Part shown: positions 1 through 13,100 of the stretch, piece after piece | Position numbering within the stretch: position 1 is the stretch's first letter | Layout of the letters: each line of letters begins with the position of its first letter | Assembly (NCBI GenBank): GCA_951406725.2 | Contig: OX597832.1 | Span: 2,232,001 to 2,296,000 of the forward strand | Reading direction: 5' to 3' | From: Octopus vulgaris | Taxonomy: Eukaryota | DNA length: 64,000 nt | Made by a program: the position numbers and the translations under genes | The notes under the pieces: model-generated | What the model was told of the DNA's origin: nothing | The model's database searches: none | What the model saw: only the letters and a program-made list of their open reading frames with translations

Positions 1-755
1 TCAATTTAGTAGTGTTGGAGAATGTTTCAAAAAGATACTTTCTACAGCTGGATGCCCTTCCTAATGCCAACAATGTGTATAGTGTGTATGAATAACAGAG
101 CTCAAATGAAGAAATGAGGGAAAATGAGATATAAGAGGAATCAGATTCAATGAGCTGCAAAGAAGATTGAGTTGTTATGGACATCATCATCATCATGATC
201 ATCGTTTAACGTCCGCCTTCCATGCTACAATGGGTGGGACAGTTTCACAAGAGCCAGCCAGCCAGAAGCCTGCACCAGACTTCTGTGACTGTTTTGGCAG
301 GATTTTTTACATCTGGATGCCCTTCCTAACACCGAGTGGACTTAGTGCTTTTTACATGGCATAAGCACAGGTGAGGTCAGTAGTGCTTTTTACATGGCAC
401 AAGCACAGGCAAGGTCAGTTTTGGCCAAGTTTTTACAGCTCGATGCCCTTCCAAACACCAACCATTTTACAGTGTAGACTGGGTGTTTTTAAGTAGTACC
501 TGCACTGACAGGGTCACTAAGTACTTGCAAGACATAAAACAAAAATCTTTCAAGAGGGGAGGTGATTTTGTGTCGGATGATGAAAGGTTATAGTGAAGCA
601 GAAACAGGTGTCTTGCTGTAGAGGAAGTACAAGGTTACCTGGCCAGAGAGAGAGAGAGAGATCAGGAATGAAGACAGAAACAGGTGCACTACCACAAAGG
701 AAATACATAGTTACCCAACCTGTGGGAAGTGCAGGAGAAGGAAAGAGAAAGTGGG

Positions 756-821
756 AGATGGTGGTAGAGATGGTGGTAGAGATGGTGGTAGAGATGGTGG
801 TAGAGATGGTGGTGGAGATGG
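756..821. repeat. 12-bp tandem repeat (GAGATGGTGGTA)x5
   Basis: Direct reading; produces MVVE repeats in a spurious ORF. Confidence 0.9.
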
Positions 822-1439
822 AACAAGGATCAGAATATAAATGGGATGGTTGAGTAAAGGAAGAGAGAGATATAGATGATGGCAAGTGCCAGGGCATACC
901 CTTGAGGTTCAAATGCCATAATATAAGTGGCATGATATTGTGAAGGAAGTGTGATTGAAGAGTGCAAATAAGTGGCAAAAAACCTGAGTATATATAGAGT
1001 CAAGGGGGCTACCAGATAGCAATGATACAGAGGAACAGGGCCATGAGGACAGGATTGGGGAGTGAGAGCTAGGCTTAGTGTATGAAGGAGGAAATATGAG
1101 AAAGAGATGTGAAGATGTAGATTGGTTTGTTGGGGTAGGGTAAGTGAAAAGTTTTCTTGTTACTTGCGGGTGAAACACACAGGTTTGGGGCTAGCAGATA
1201 GCAGTAATACAGTGAGACAGGGTATGTAGGTAGAACACACATGTCAGGGGCAAGTGGAGAGCAATGATACAGTGGCACAGGGCTAAGAGGATAGGATTGG
1301 GGAGAGGAGGTAAGCATAGTGTATGAAGAAGAAATGTGAGGAAGAGAAGAGATATAGAGATGTAGATTGGTTTGTTATGTGAGAAGTTTTCTTAAGTGTG
1401 GGTGGGACACACAGCGCTTCTAGAACGCTGACATGTGCG

Positions 1440-2460
1440 GGTCTTCTCAAGAACTTCATATCACCAGACATCTTGCTCCATTGTCATTTCCTCCATGAGG
1501 CCCAGCTTCCTGAGATTGGTCCTTACCACTTCATCCCATATCTTCCTGGGTCTCCCTCTTCCATGGGTACCATCCATTTTCAGCAATCAACACTTCTTTA
1601 TGCAGCTGTCCTCATTCATTTGCATCACATGTCAAAACCAATGTAGTCTTCTCTCTTGCATGTTATATTTGATTCCTCTTATACTCAACTTTTTTCTCAA
1701 TACATTTGCACTTTGCCATACATGTGCACTGATGTTGCACATCTGACAGAGCATACTACCTTCATTTCTCTCTAGTCTACACATGTCTTCTGCATTCAGA
1801 GCCCATGTCTCACTGCCATGGAGTATAGCTGTTTGCACACAAGCATCATATGGTCTACCTTTCACTCTGAGAGAGTCCTTTTGTTGCCAACAGAAGTAAT
1901 TGCTCTCTGGACTTCCTCTACCCAATTCTTATTCTAGAAACAATACTTTTCAGAGTATCCTCCACCATTATTAATTTGGTCACCTAGGTAACAGAAACTA
2001 TCTACAACCTCAAGAGAGCTTCTGGACATTTGAGATAATCTAATTCCCATGTGTTCTTAGTGCTTATTGTTCCTGCACATCTTCCACATACAAAGATGAC
2101 TTTATCTGTTAATCTACCTGTGATCCCACTGCACCTCTTATGCATCCATTCCTACATATAGAGCAGGGCCATTTACCTGACGGAATGAGAGTTTTATCTT
2201 CTTTATTACTAACAACTCTTGTCTTAGCTAGGTTAACTTTAAGGCCCTTTCATTCCAGGTTTTGCTTCCATACCTGGAATTTCTTCTCCAATTCTGCTAA
2301 AGATTCTGCAATAAGAGCAAGGTCATCAGCATATAGCAGTTACCACAGGTACCCAGTTTTGAATTCCTCTGTTGTGGCCTGGAAGACTATAATGAATAAG
2401 AGTGGGCTGAGAACTGAGCCCTGGCAAACCCCTACCTGTACATGAAATTCATCATGTGAT
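1440..2460 (-). mobile_element. RTE-type LINE 3' fragment
   Basis: QGSVLSPLLF, LLYADDLAL, GRPYDACVQTAILHGSETWAL, RRLHWF. Confidence 0.85.
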
Positions 2461-3139
2461 GCATATAAAGGATGACAATTGGGTTAATCAAATATCAAGC
2501 AATCCAAGTGGAAAGAATCTGTGGAAGAGGAAGATATAGGCAGAAACTGAGTTGCAAGATGCTGAACCCCATGAAACTAATGACATGACTGCAAACAAGT
2601 GGTGAGAGACTGTGTTGTGAAAAATGGAATGTTTAACCCTTTAGCATTCAGATTACTACCAAGTGTAATGTTTATTTATTTACATTGTTTTGAATTAATC
2701 ACTTCCTCCAATTACCCCTCCCCTCAAAATTCCTTGTCTTGCAAGTTACATGGTGACCCTGCCGTTGCTGGTGTCACGTAAAAAGCATCCAGTCCACACT
2801 GTAAAGTGGTTGGCATTTGAAAGGGCATCCAGCTATAAAAACCATGCCAAAACTGACATTACCTGTGCTGGTGCCACATAAAAAGCACTCAGTCCACTCT
2901 GAGGTGTGTTTGGTGTTAGGAAGGGCATCCAGTTGTAAAAACCATGCCAAAACAGACATAGTAGCCTAGTCTTCTACCTGGCCAGCTCCTGTCAAACAGT
3001 TCAACCTATGCCAGCATGGAAAGTGGGCATTAAACAATGATAATGATGATGATGATACCTATCTTACAAATCAATAATTCATTTATATACAAAGAAGGAC
3101 TCTTTACACTGAAACTGCAATAGAATATATATTGTCATT

Positions 3140-5020
3140 AATGGTAGCAATGAGAACATTCTACCTTATTTCTTAATTTCTTCTTCCCAAGCAGCTACAA
3201 ATAAGATGTGTTTTCAGAAGTCTCTGTTTCTCGTTAGCTTTGGTAAGTCCGGAATTTCATGTTGTGTGTCTCTGCTAATAACATCAATGTAGTTAAGTGG
3301 TCTTCATCCTGTATTAGAGTGCAGAAAACTCCAAAATATAACATGATATGGCCTGTTGCTTAGCACACTGACAGGGCCAGAAAAGCCTGCCGTGCATTGA
3401 ATATACCAGTAGAGATGGGTGAAATATGTCCATAAATTTCCACTTTGGCCCAATGTTCATGTCATAAGATGTTTTGAGGCCTCGTGAGAACTTGGTGTAT
3501 CAAGGCAATCTTGAACTTCCTTTTTGATAGTCCAAATTTCAGTTTCATAGAGAAGAATGCTCTCTACACACACTCTGAAGAAAGTAAGCCTTGCTAACTT
3601 TGAAATACTTGATTACCAGATGTTTTGAAGCACGTTGCAAGCACTCTATGATTGTCCCTTGTGTGCAAGGAAGCCTTTCTAACTGTCAGCAACACAAGAC
3701 ACAAAATAATTGAGGCCACTGACCTCCACCAAACTGGCAGATGACTTTTATCTTCAATGATGGTCATACAGTCATTCTTCATTACACTGAGAAATAGACC
3801 AATTGTGAATACAGCTTTCTTGAGGGATGTCACAGTAGATGAGTTGTGAGGGTAAGATCATCAGCATAGTCAAGATCAGAGTGATGCAAGATCTGTTGAC
3901 AGCTGCTTCTGCATGAAGGTTTGATGATTAGGCCTTTGTCTAGGGTAGGATCAGGACCTTGCCTAAGGATGTAGTCTACTACAATGACAAAGAGAAAAGA
4001 TGCTAGAGTGTCCCTGAAGGATTCCCACTATTGTTAGAAACTCTTTAGTTGAAATTGCCAGCACAAATTTTGAATGGTTTTTATACATGATTTAAGGAGT
4101 TTCTGGTTTTAGTACAAAATAGGTTCATCACTTTCTGTGAGACTTCAGGACAAAAATTGCAGGGCTGTATATGACACCCTAACCACAACCAACAGAGACA
4201 TAGGACTGGATTACTCTAAATAAAGAGATAGAAATCACTAACCTGTACTTCTAATGAGAAGATAACTAAGGTCAGGGGAAATTTAAAGAAAACAGCCCAG
4301 AAACATTAACCGAAGTCCACTAGGAATATTGAAAAGCACCTCAATTCCTAAAGTCCCACTTGGTGGGATATACAAGGAGGCACTAGAACTGAAGAACTTA
4401 ACCATCATAAGGAAAACAAGTATGCTGCCATCTCAGCAGCTCTGAAGGAACTTACCAACTAGAGAACTTTTCAACCTATTGTTGAGGAAACCACTGACTA
4501 GCAATGTAAAGTAGCACTTTAGATAGCAACTTGGTAACACAGATGCTAATCAATCCTCTCTTCAACTACAAGGTAGCAGATAGCCTGCCAATTCAGATTA
4601 GCATATTTATGACAGAAGAGCTTCAAAAAAATGCCTAAAAAGGTTAAGTACCAAATAACACCCCAGGTTATCACTTGGAAGAGTCCACTCTTCCACAAGC
4701 ATCTCTTGGACTTCTGTAATGAGACCTACGAAGGAAACAAAGCAGCAACATCCTCAGACTCTTCAATTGTTCCACCTCACAACTACAGAGGAATCACACT
4801 CTCACTTTTAGCTTTAAAATAGATCATCACCACCACAGATCCTTGGTCTTAGAAGAATTATAGAACTCAGATCCTCTAAACAAAAGGCAAAAATTGTATT
4901 TGTGGATTTCCAAGGCTTTCAATAGTCTCAAGAAAAAAGCTTTGTTACTATCCTGTTGAATTATGATATCCCACACGAGACTGTCAAAGCTATCATCATC
5001 ATTATGTACACAAATCCATT
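3140..5020. mobile_element. LINE (RTE/RTE-X-like) in two oppositely oriented pieces
   Basis: Minus 4090->3140: MYKN..GILQG..VIVVDYILR..DLDYADD; plus 4150->5020: NYRGITL..FVDF..VKAI..MYTN. Confidence 0.7.
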
Positions 5021-6121
5021 TCTAAAATGAAAATCAAATTATGTAGACCATTCCTTCAGACCTTCAATAATCTAATTATAATACTATAAACATACTACAA
5101 TAGAAAAATTTTCTATGAAAACTATTTACACAGTAAATGTGTAACTATTGCCTTGTGTCATTTCTGCTTTCAATAGTAATTTGATTTCATAAAACTCTTG
5201 GAAATGTTTCTACTTTCAAATAGAATACACTTTAACATTACTTTCTTCCATTTTATTTCTGTCATAATTTTCTAAATGATTTGTATCTTGTTGTGAGATA
5301 CACAAGCATCTTCATAATTTTAATAATTTTTTTTTTAAATAATGACCTAGTTGGATCTTGAATTCCTTTCAGGATATCTGTGTATATTTGTAATGAATGT
5401 GCATCAACATCATTTATACCAACTAAGACATCAATTGTGGTGAGCCCTGATGATAAAGATAATGAAATGTTTTGAATAAAGTTGTTAATGAATGGAGCAT
5501 GAAAAAGAATATAAACATATTTATTTAAATTTCTTTTCAGACTTTTTCCCATTTTCAACACAACAATTTTCTTGTAACACACCTAACTTCTGCCTGTTAA
5601 TCTAATCTTTCATTTAATTTTCTCCTTCCTCAATATATAAATATTTTGTCTCTCAATTACTTGTTCTATTTAAATACAGCTTTCATTATATTCTCTCATT
5701 TTTTCCCAAAATAAAGAATTCAGACTGTTCTTCTCTTCACAATATATTGACATAATTCACCTTAAACATTATGCTTGAAGAACTGATCTTCCCAATTTAT
5801 GGAGACAAGCACTGGTTTCCTCAAAGTGTATACACCATATTGGTTAGATAATCATTAAATATGCTAATTCTTCAAAGAAAACCAATGTTTTTAAGAATAA
5901 AATTTTTATTCATGAATTACAAGAAGTTATTTATGAAACCAAAATCACCTGGTGATGAAACAAATGTAACAAATAATGAACAGATGATTTGTCTTCCACA
6001 TCAGTCAATATTAATACTTAGTATTAAGTAACAAGTCAAGATAGGTGCATGGCCCTTTCAATCAAACCATACAGTCATCAAGACACAAAATTCGAGCAAG
6101 GTGCCATTTTCCCTTTTTTTA

Positions 6122-6238
6122 TTATGGCAACTTGATAACAGCAGCTGGTATATAATAACCATCTTTCCCAGAAGAATATCTTTTTGAAAGATGAATTTCT
6201 CCAATATAGTATGAACCGAAGTCAAAGTTTCCAAATTT
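6122..6238 (-). CDS. ASCC1: ASCC1 last coding exon
   Basis: ttcag|KFGNFDFGSYYIGEIHLSKRYSSGKDGYYIPAAVIKLP*; candidate AATAAA on the minus strand at ~5905-5910. Confidence 0.92.
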   Translation of the reverse strand, partial: KFGNFDFGSYYIGEIHLSKRYSSGKDGYYIPAAVIKLP

Positions 6239-7376
6239 CTGAAATTGAAAATGAAAAAGAAAAAAAAATTTTTTTCAGAATAATTCAGAGGAGAAAGTAG
6301 ACATTCATAGACTAGACTAGTGAGATCAATACAGCTAATATGTAGTTTTTATTTCTGTGGGTTCATGCCTATAGAGAAAATGCAAACAGGAATTTCCAGA
6401 AAGATGTAGTTTGAGGGATAAAGATTTAGGATAAAGCAAAGATGATAGCAAAGCAGAGCTGAATGAATAAAGAAGGCTTGAGAGTATTGGATGCACAATT
6501 TTGATCAGTGTGTTTCCTTGATGTCTGTGGTGACTCAGTTTTGTTGCTATTAAAGAAGACTAGGTTATCACATCCCCATTAGAGGATATGTTCAAGTCTT
6601 TTTTTTCTTCAAAGTAATACATGTCAGGAAGTTGCATATAGATGAAACCTGTGTACACAAGGTTGTCAAAGAATGCAGTATGATATCTGTATAGGACTGG
6701 GTTTTGCTAGAAATAACAGAGAACAGATTCGTCATCATCATCCTTTGATATTTAATTTCCTACGCTTTCATGGATCAGAGGGAATTTGTTGAGAGAGATT
6801 TTCTACAGCTAAATGCCCTTATTGTCACCAACTCACACTTGTTACCAAGCAAGGTGATATTTTCCCATAGTCAGGAGACTGGAAACAAACAAGACTGCTT
6901 GTATGACAATGATGCTCATTTATAACTATCACATGATGTTAAGACAAGGGTACACACAAACATGCACATATGTGCATGTTTGTGTGAGGTAAGTGGCTGT
7001 GTGGTAAGTAGCTTGCTAACCAATCACATGGTTCCGGGTTCAGTCCCACTGCGTAGCATCTTGGGCAAGTGTCTTCTGCTATAGCCCCGGGCCGACCAAT
7101 GCCTTGTGAGTGGATTTGGTAGACGGAAACTGAAAGAAGCCTGTCGTATATATGTATATATATATATGTGTATGTGTGTGTGTTTGTGTGTCTGTGTTTG
7201 TCCCCCTAGCATTACTTGACAACCAATGCTGGTGTATTTACGTCACTTAGCGGTTCGGCAAAAGAAACCGATAGAATAAGTACTGGGCTTACAAAGAATA
7301 AGTCCCGGGGTTGATTTGCTCGACTAAAGGCGGTGCTCCAGCATGGGCAGTCAAATGACTGAAACAAGTAAAAGAG

Positions 7377-7408
<32 letters not shown>

Positions 7409-8437
7409 GATGGACTCAAAGGATATAGGAATATTGCATATATACCATTATGCCTATAAAACGGATTTACGAATTCAATACCCATACATATCTTACCTCT
7501 ATTTTCTTTGCTCCACCTCACTCTCTATTTTGTATCACATCGAAACTAACTATGACTTAATTTTTCCTCTCACACTGTCTCCGATGAAGGGATATAATTA
7601 ATAAATATCCTAGAAACAGCTGTAAGACCTTCTATCTATAAGTGGTCTAATATCTATACAGCCTTGGTTTTTTTATCTCATTATGCAAAAAATTCATATA
7701 TATGTACATATATATATATATATATATACATATATATATAATTTCCCCCACTTAAAAGTGGATGTTGTGTTAGAAAACAGAATACTGCCATAGTTACATA
7801 AGAGAACCTTTCATGTAACTAGGGTCTTGTGATGTATATAAGCACTTGTGTTTATATCACTAGTGGGTGATAATCTTCTGGCATTGCTGCCTGGACTACC
7901 AGATCATGTGATTTCAGCGTTCCTTGGCCTTGTCAATGGTAGATGCCTGAAAGCTGGAGATGGCAGAGATTACTCTGCTAGTGATAAACATGCATCACAA
8001 GCCCATAAGAGAGGTTCTCTCATTGTAACTATCACAGTATTCTGTGTTCTAACACAACATCCACTTTTAAGTAGGGATAAATATTACCTTTGGTATTAGT
8101 ACTGCTTCTGTTGCTATTAATTATTTTATAATAAACTCATTGGCTATATGCAACTACAGTGCCTGATTAGGTACTGAGATTCTATGTATATCACTAGCAG
8201 AGAAATCACTGCCATTTCCAGCTTTTGGGCATCTACCATTGAGAAGGCCAAGGAAGACCAAAACCACATGATCTCGTAGTCCCGGTGGTGATGGCAGCGG
8301 TGCTTATATGCACCTCCAGTTCATATGAGAGGTTCCCTCATGGTAAATATCACAGTATTCTGTGTCCTAACACATCAACTTTTAAGTGGGGATAAATATT
8401 ACATTTTGGCATTAATACTATTTCTGTAACCATTAAT

Positions 8438-8495
<58 letters not shown>

Positions 8496-11400
8496 TCTAG
8501 TAGAAATACCTGGTGTTGCCCAGGTTAAAGAAAATAATGAAATTTAAAAACGCCATCTAAATTACGCAGGTCTCAACCGCTAGTAGCTGAGATACCAACT
8601 TTCTACATTAATAACTCTCCAACCAACACCAGCATGGAACACAGACGTTAAGTGATATGTGAAAAGAAAGTTTTCAATTCATATATGAAGTAAATACTCG
8701 TTATTCAAAAACACCTTTAGTCTAACTTATTTCGTAACCAAAAAAACAGGTACAGATTATAAACAATAAAAGGCCGCGTGTAGAGTACACACACAAACAG
8801 ACAGCGAATATATCATGTTATTGTTTCACTTTTATATACACAGATATACAATCACGCATGTCTGTTGAAAAGTGAAAGTGAAATAGTATTACTTTAACAC
8901 TCAATGGTTTTACACTTCTGTATATGATATGGACGTACTATTCACATAAGTGCTTCTTCATATACAATGTTTTCTGTTTTGCCATGTTTATCACTGAGAA
9001 TGTAGATAGATGTTCTTTTCATCTCCAACTCTAGAACATCCAACATACAGCTGACCATGTGAGAAGCAAGGAGGTTAAGTCCTACCACCTTTAGAGACTG
9101 ACCTTGTGCTTTGTTGATAGACATTGCAAAACTAAGTTCGACAGAAAACTGCAGTCTCTTGAAATGTAAGGGGAGATCATTTGAGATGAGAGTTACCCTT
9201 GGAATGAAGACATTCTCACCCATGTTGCCTGTAATTATTGCTGCTTCCAACACATGGGGCATGGCTGTTTTAACAACTAACCTTGTTCCATTGCAGAGTC
9301 TGGGGTGCATCAAGGTTTCTTAATAGCATTATGGGAGCACCTGTTTTCATGATTAGAATATATGGTGAAAATCCTGGTGGCTGAAGTGTATTGAGGAACT
9401 CCACTGGGTAATGCGTTACCTGTTCTTGATCAGGGACAGTCAATTCATCTATATGAACATTCAGGTCCTAGAAGCTGAGACAACAAATTTAAATTCAGCT
9501 TGTCTACAGCATCATTACTTGGTGCCAGAATTGTTCTTTCACATAGCCACTTGTGACTTTTATAGTTTGTGGCAATGTTTGGAAACACCTTGCACTTCAG
9601 TTCTTCAAGAGAGGCAGTCATATTGCCAGATGGGAGGTGGTGCAGACTATCTTCTGTATCTTGTGGAAGTTTTCCATTTCTAATGTCAAGTAACTTGTTG
9701 GAGAACTGTGTGGATAATGGGTCATCATGAATGTGAACCCTCATGTTGGTTGTCAGAGTAGGCTGCTTGACATGTTGCTAGATATATGAGGGCTTGATGC
9801 AAGCTCTCAGCTCATCTGCCCTTGTTTCTCTGGGAATGACAGGCAGTGTTTGCCTGAAGTCACCAGCCATGAGGAGGGTGACACCACCCATGATCTTCTT
9901 ATTGTTTCTGAAGTCTTGTAGTGTTGTATCAAGCGCTTCAAAGGCTGCCTTATTGAACTGTGTCTGGGGTGAAGTAAACCCTTTCGCAATTCTCCAAGTG
10001 TACTGCAAGATGTTGCACATGGGATATCTCTCATGAATGGGGAACTTGAAGATTCTCCAACATGCTTCACCATTTGGAAGGTCTTGATTTCATCATTGTT
10101 CTCTGAATCCTGAACTGCAAAGACTGCCATGTCAAATCCCTTGTTCTCATATTTGCACACATACTTAATGGATTTCACTGAGTTACAGAACTCAACATTG
10201 ATGTGTATGTTGAATATCTTGGAGAGGAGGGGACAGTATGGCACTATCCACCTATTGTCAACTAGAATTTCAGTATGAGATGACTTCTTGATGGTGGTTT
10301 CAAATCCACCATCACTTGGCCTTCTTCTTCTGTAGAGTGGATAGCCATCATGTACAGTCTGTGTCACTTGAAGGAACTTCTTTGGAAAACCTTTTGTACA
10401 CTTTCTATCCTGCATGCATGGAGCATGTAAGTTGATGTTCCCACATGGACCATGAACCATTTGGGTCTTGGCCACATTAAAGAGTTTTGGATCTTTCTGA
10501 GGATCTGGAATCTCTGCACTGATGAACTTGTCTATCATTCTGGCATGGATTTTGTTTGTAAGCTAGAGCAGTATGTGTACATGAGGAAGTCCACGTTTCT
10601 GCCACTCTATTGTATACATGTGGCATCTAGTGGAACCAAACACTTTATCTTTGGTCAGTAACTGCATGAGCTTGATAACCTTCTGTCTGAAGACCCTTGC
10701 AATTATGTCATGTCTATCGTTAGGCTGTTGGTTTGAGAAGAGTTCATTTTGAATCTCTTTCCATTTAGAATTGCATGTGAAGGTTATGAACAGGTTTTGG
10801 ACACTAAAACTCTGCTTGCGAAGACCTGTTGAGGCAAGTGAAATCAAAATCAAATTCGATGACTGGCATCCATGCTAGCGGGGTGCAAAGAGCACCATAC
10901 AAGCGTGATCATTGACAGAGCAGCTACCTGGCTTCCGTGCCAGTGGCACATAAAAGGCACCATTCGAGTGTGATCGTTACCAGCATCGCCTTACTGGCAC
11001 TAGTGCCCCGTGCTAGTAGGGTGCTAAGAGCACCATCCAAGCTTGATTGTTGCCAGAGCGGCTAGCTCGCTTCCATGCCGGTGGCACGTAAAGGGTACCT
11101 TTCAAGCGTGATCATTATCTGACTGGCCCCCATGCCGGTGGCACATAAAAGCACCCACTACACTCTCGGAGTGGTTGGCATTAGGAAGGGCATCCAGCTG
11201 TAGAAACTCTGCCAGATCAAGATTGGAGCCTGGTACAGCCATCTGGTTCGCAAGCCCTCAGTCAAATTGTCCAAACCATGCTAGCATGGAAAGCAAATTG
11301 TCCAACCCCTTCTAGCATGGAAAAATGATGATGATGATGATTAATATACAGATTTGTGATAGCAGCTACTAGTGATTATTTCTGCTGATTGCTCTGTTAT

Positions 11401-13037
11401 GCCTGAAATAGTGAGATTTGATGTAAAATTCACATAAGTACACTGTACAAAACTTTATATAGGTGTGTATTTCAGTCATAAAATGGACAGAAGCAAATTT
11501 CCAATCATCAAAGACCCCAAATCCAAAGACACAGGTGACTGTTAAAGCAAGCTACCTTCTTAGATATAAAAACTTTTAAAAATACCCCATCACATGAATA
11601 CAGACTCATTTTGCAGATGATACTTTCCTCAATTGCAATTCTTTTACTTGACATTCCTTCCTGAAACATTTAATCAAGCAAGACATTCAATGAGCAATAG
11701 AGGAGTAAGTGTGTATGTGTATCAAGTCTGGTTTCTAGTTTTTGTTTTAGTCTTAGGGGGTCATTCAAAATTCATTAAGAAATCTCCTCATAGACTCCAG
11801 AGAAATGAAAGACAAAAGTGACTAAGGCAAGATTTAGACTAAGACCACAAATGGGTAGGATTAAATATTTTAAAACACAATGTAACAAAAAAGAAATCAC
11901 AGCTGTGAAGTATTTAATACAAGGGAGTGTACTCTATTTTGTAACCTATGTTATTACTTACCTTTAATATTTGTTTAGCATCAAAAGATTTTCTTGGGGC
12001 TCCACGATTTGATTGAACACGAGCAACACCTGAAGGATCACTGCGAAATAGTGTATTCATTATGGTTGCATGTAATTTCACACGGTCGTAGTCTTTCTGC
12101 ATTAATCCTGCCACTGTGAATTTCTCAACTAACTGATTACACAATACTTCAAGCCTAAAAGGTATTCAAATAATAAATTTGACAGCATTTGCGTAACAAT
12201 TAAATGATAAATCATCAGTTATCAAATGTCAAAACCTTACTACTCCTGTAGTAATTTTCCAACATGTTTCACTGATAACAGGTTCCGCATGTAAATACTG
12301 GGTTGAAAAATCCTTTTGGATAGAAAAAAATCAAAGGCTGTCATATCTACAGGAGATGTAGGTTCATGTCACATGAACCCCCATCTCCTGTAGACATGAT
12401 AGACATAGGCAGCCTTTTATTTTTTTTCTCTCCACAGGGGTTTTTCTATTCAATGTTTACATGCTTTTGTTTATAGTTTTATGTGTATGTGCTTTGAGAT
12501 ATATTAAAAGATTTCACATTCTCTCAAAAGTTTATAAAATTCTTATGGCATCAACAATATATATATATATATATATATACATATATCATAGTCATGGCCA
12601 ATGCTGGCATCACATAACTGGCACCCATGCTAGTGGCACATAAAAAGCACCTTCCAAGTGTTGGGTCTCACAGAGGCAAAGTGGCTGATGCCAGTGGCAT
12701 GTGAAAAGCACATTTCAACTGTTGGGCCTCATGGCGGCAATGACAAATGACAAATGACCAAGACCTTTGGATTTATGCTGTGCTTGAGAAGAAACCCATC
12801 AAACTAAGTAAAATTGCAGTCGTGACAGATACTGGTGTCACACAAATGGCACCCATGCTGGTGGCATATAAAAGCACCCATTACACTCTTAGAGTGGTTG
12901 GCATTAGGAAGGGCATCCACCCATAGAAACCATGCCAAATCAGATTGGAGTTTGGTGCAGCCTTCCAGCTTGCCAACCCTGGTCAAACCATCCAACCCAT
13001 GCCAGCATGGACAAAGAATGTTAAATGATGATGATAA

Positions 13038-13100
<63 letters not shown>

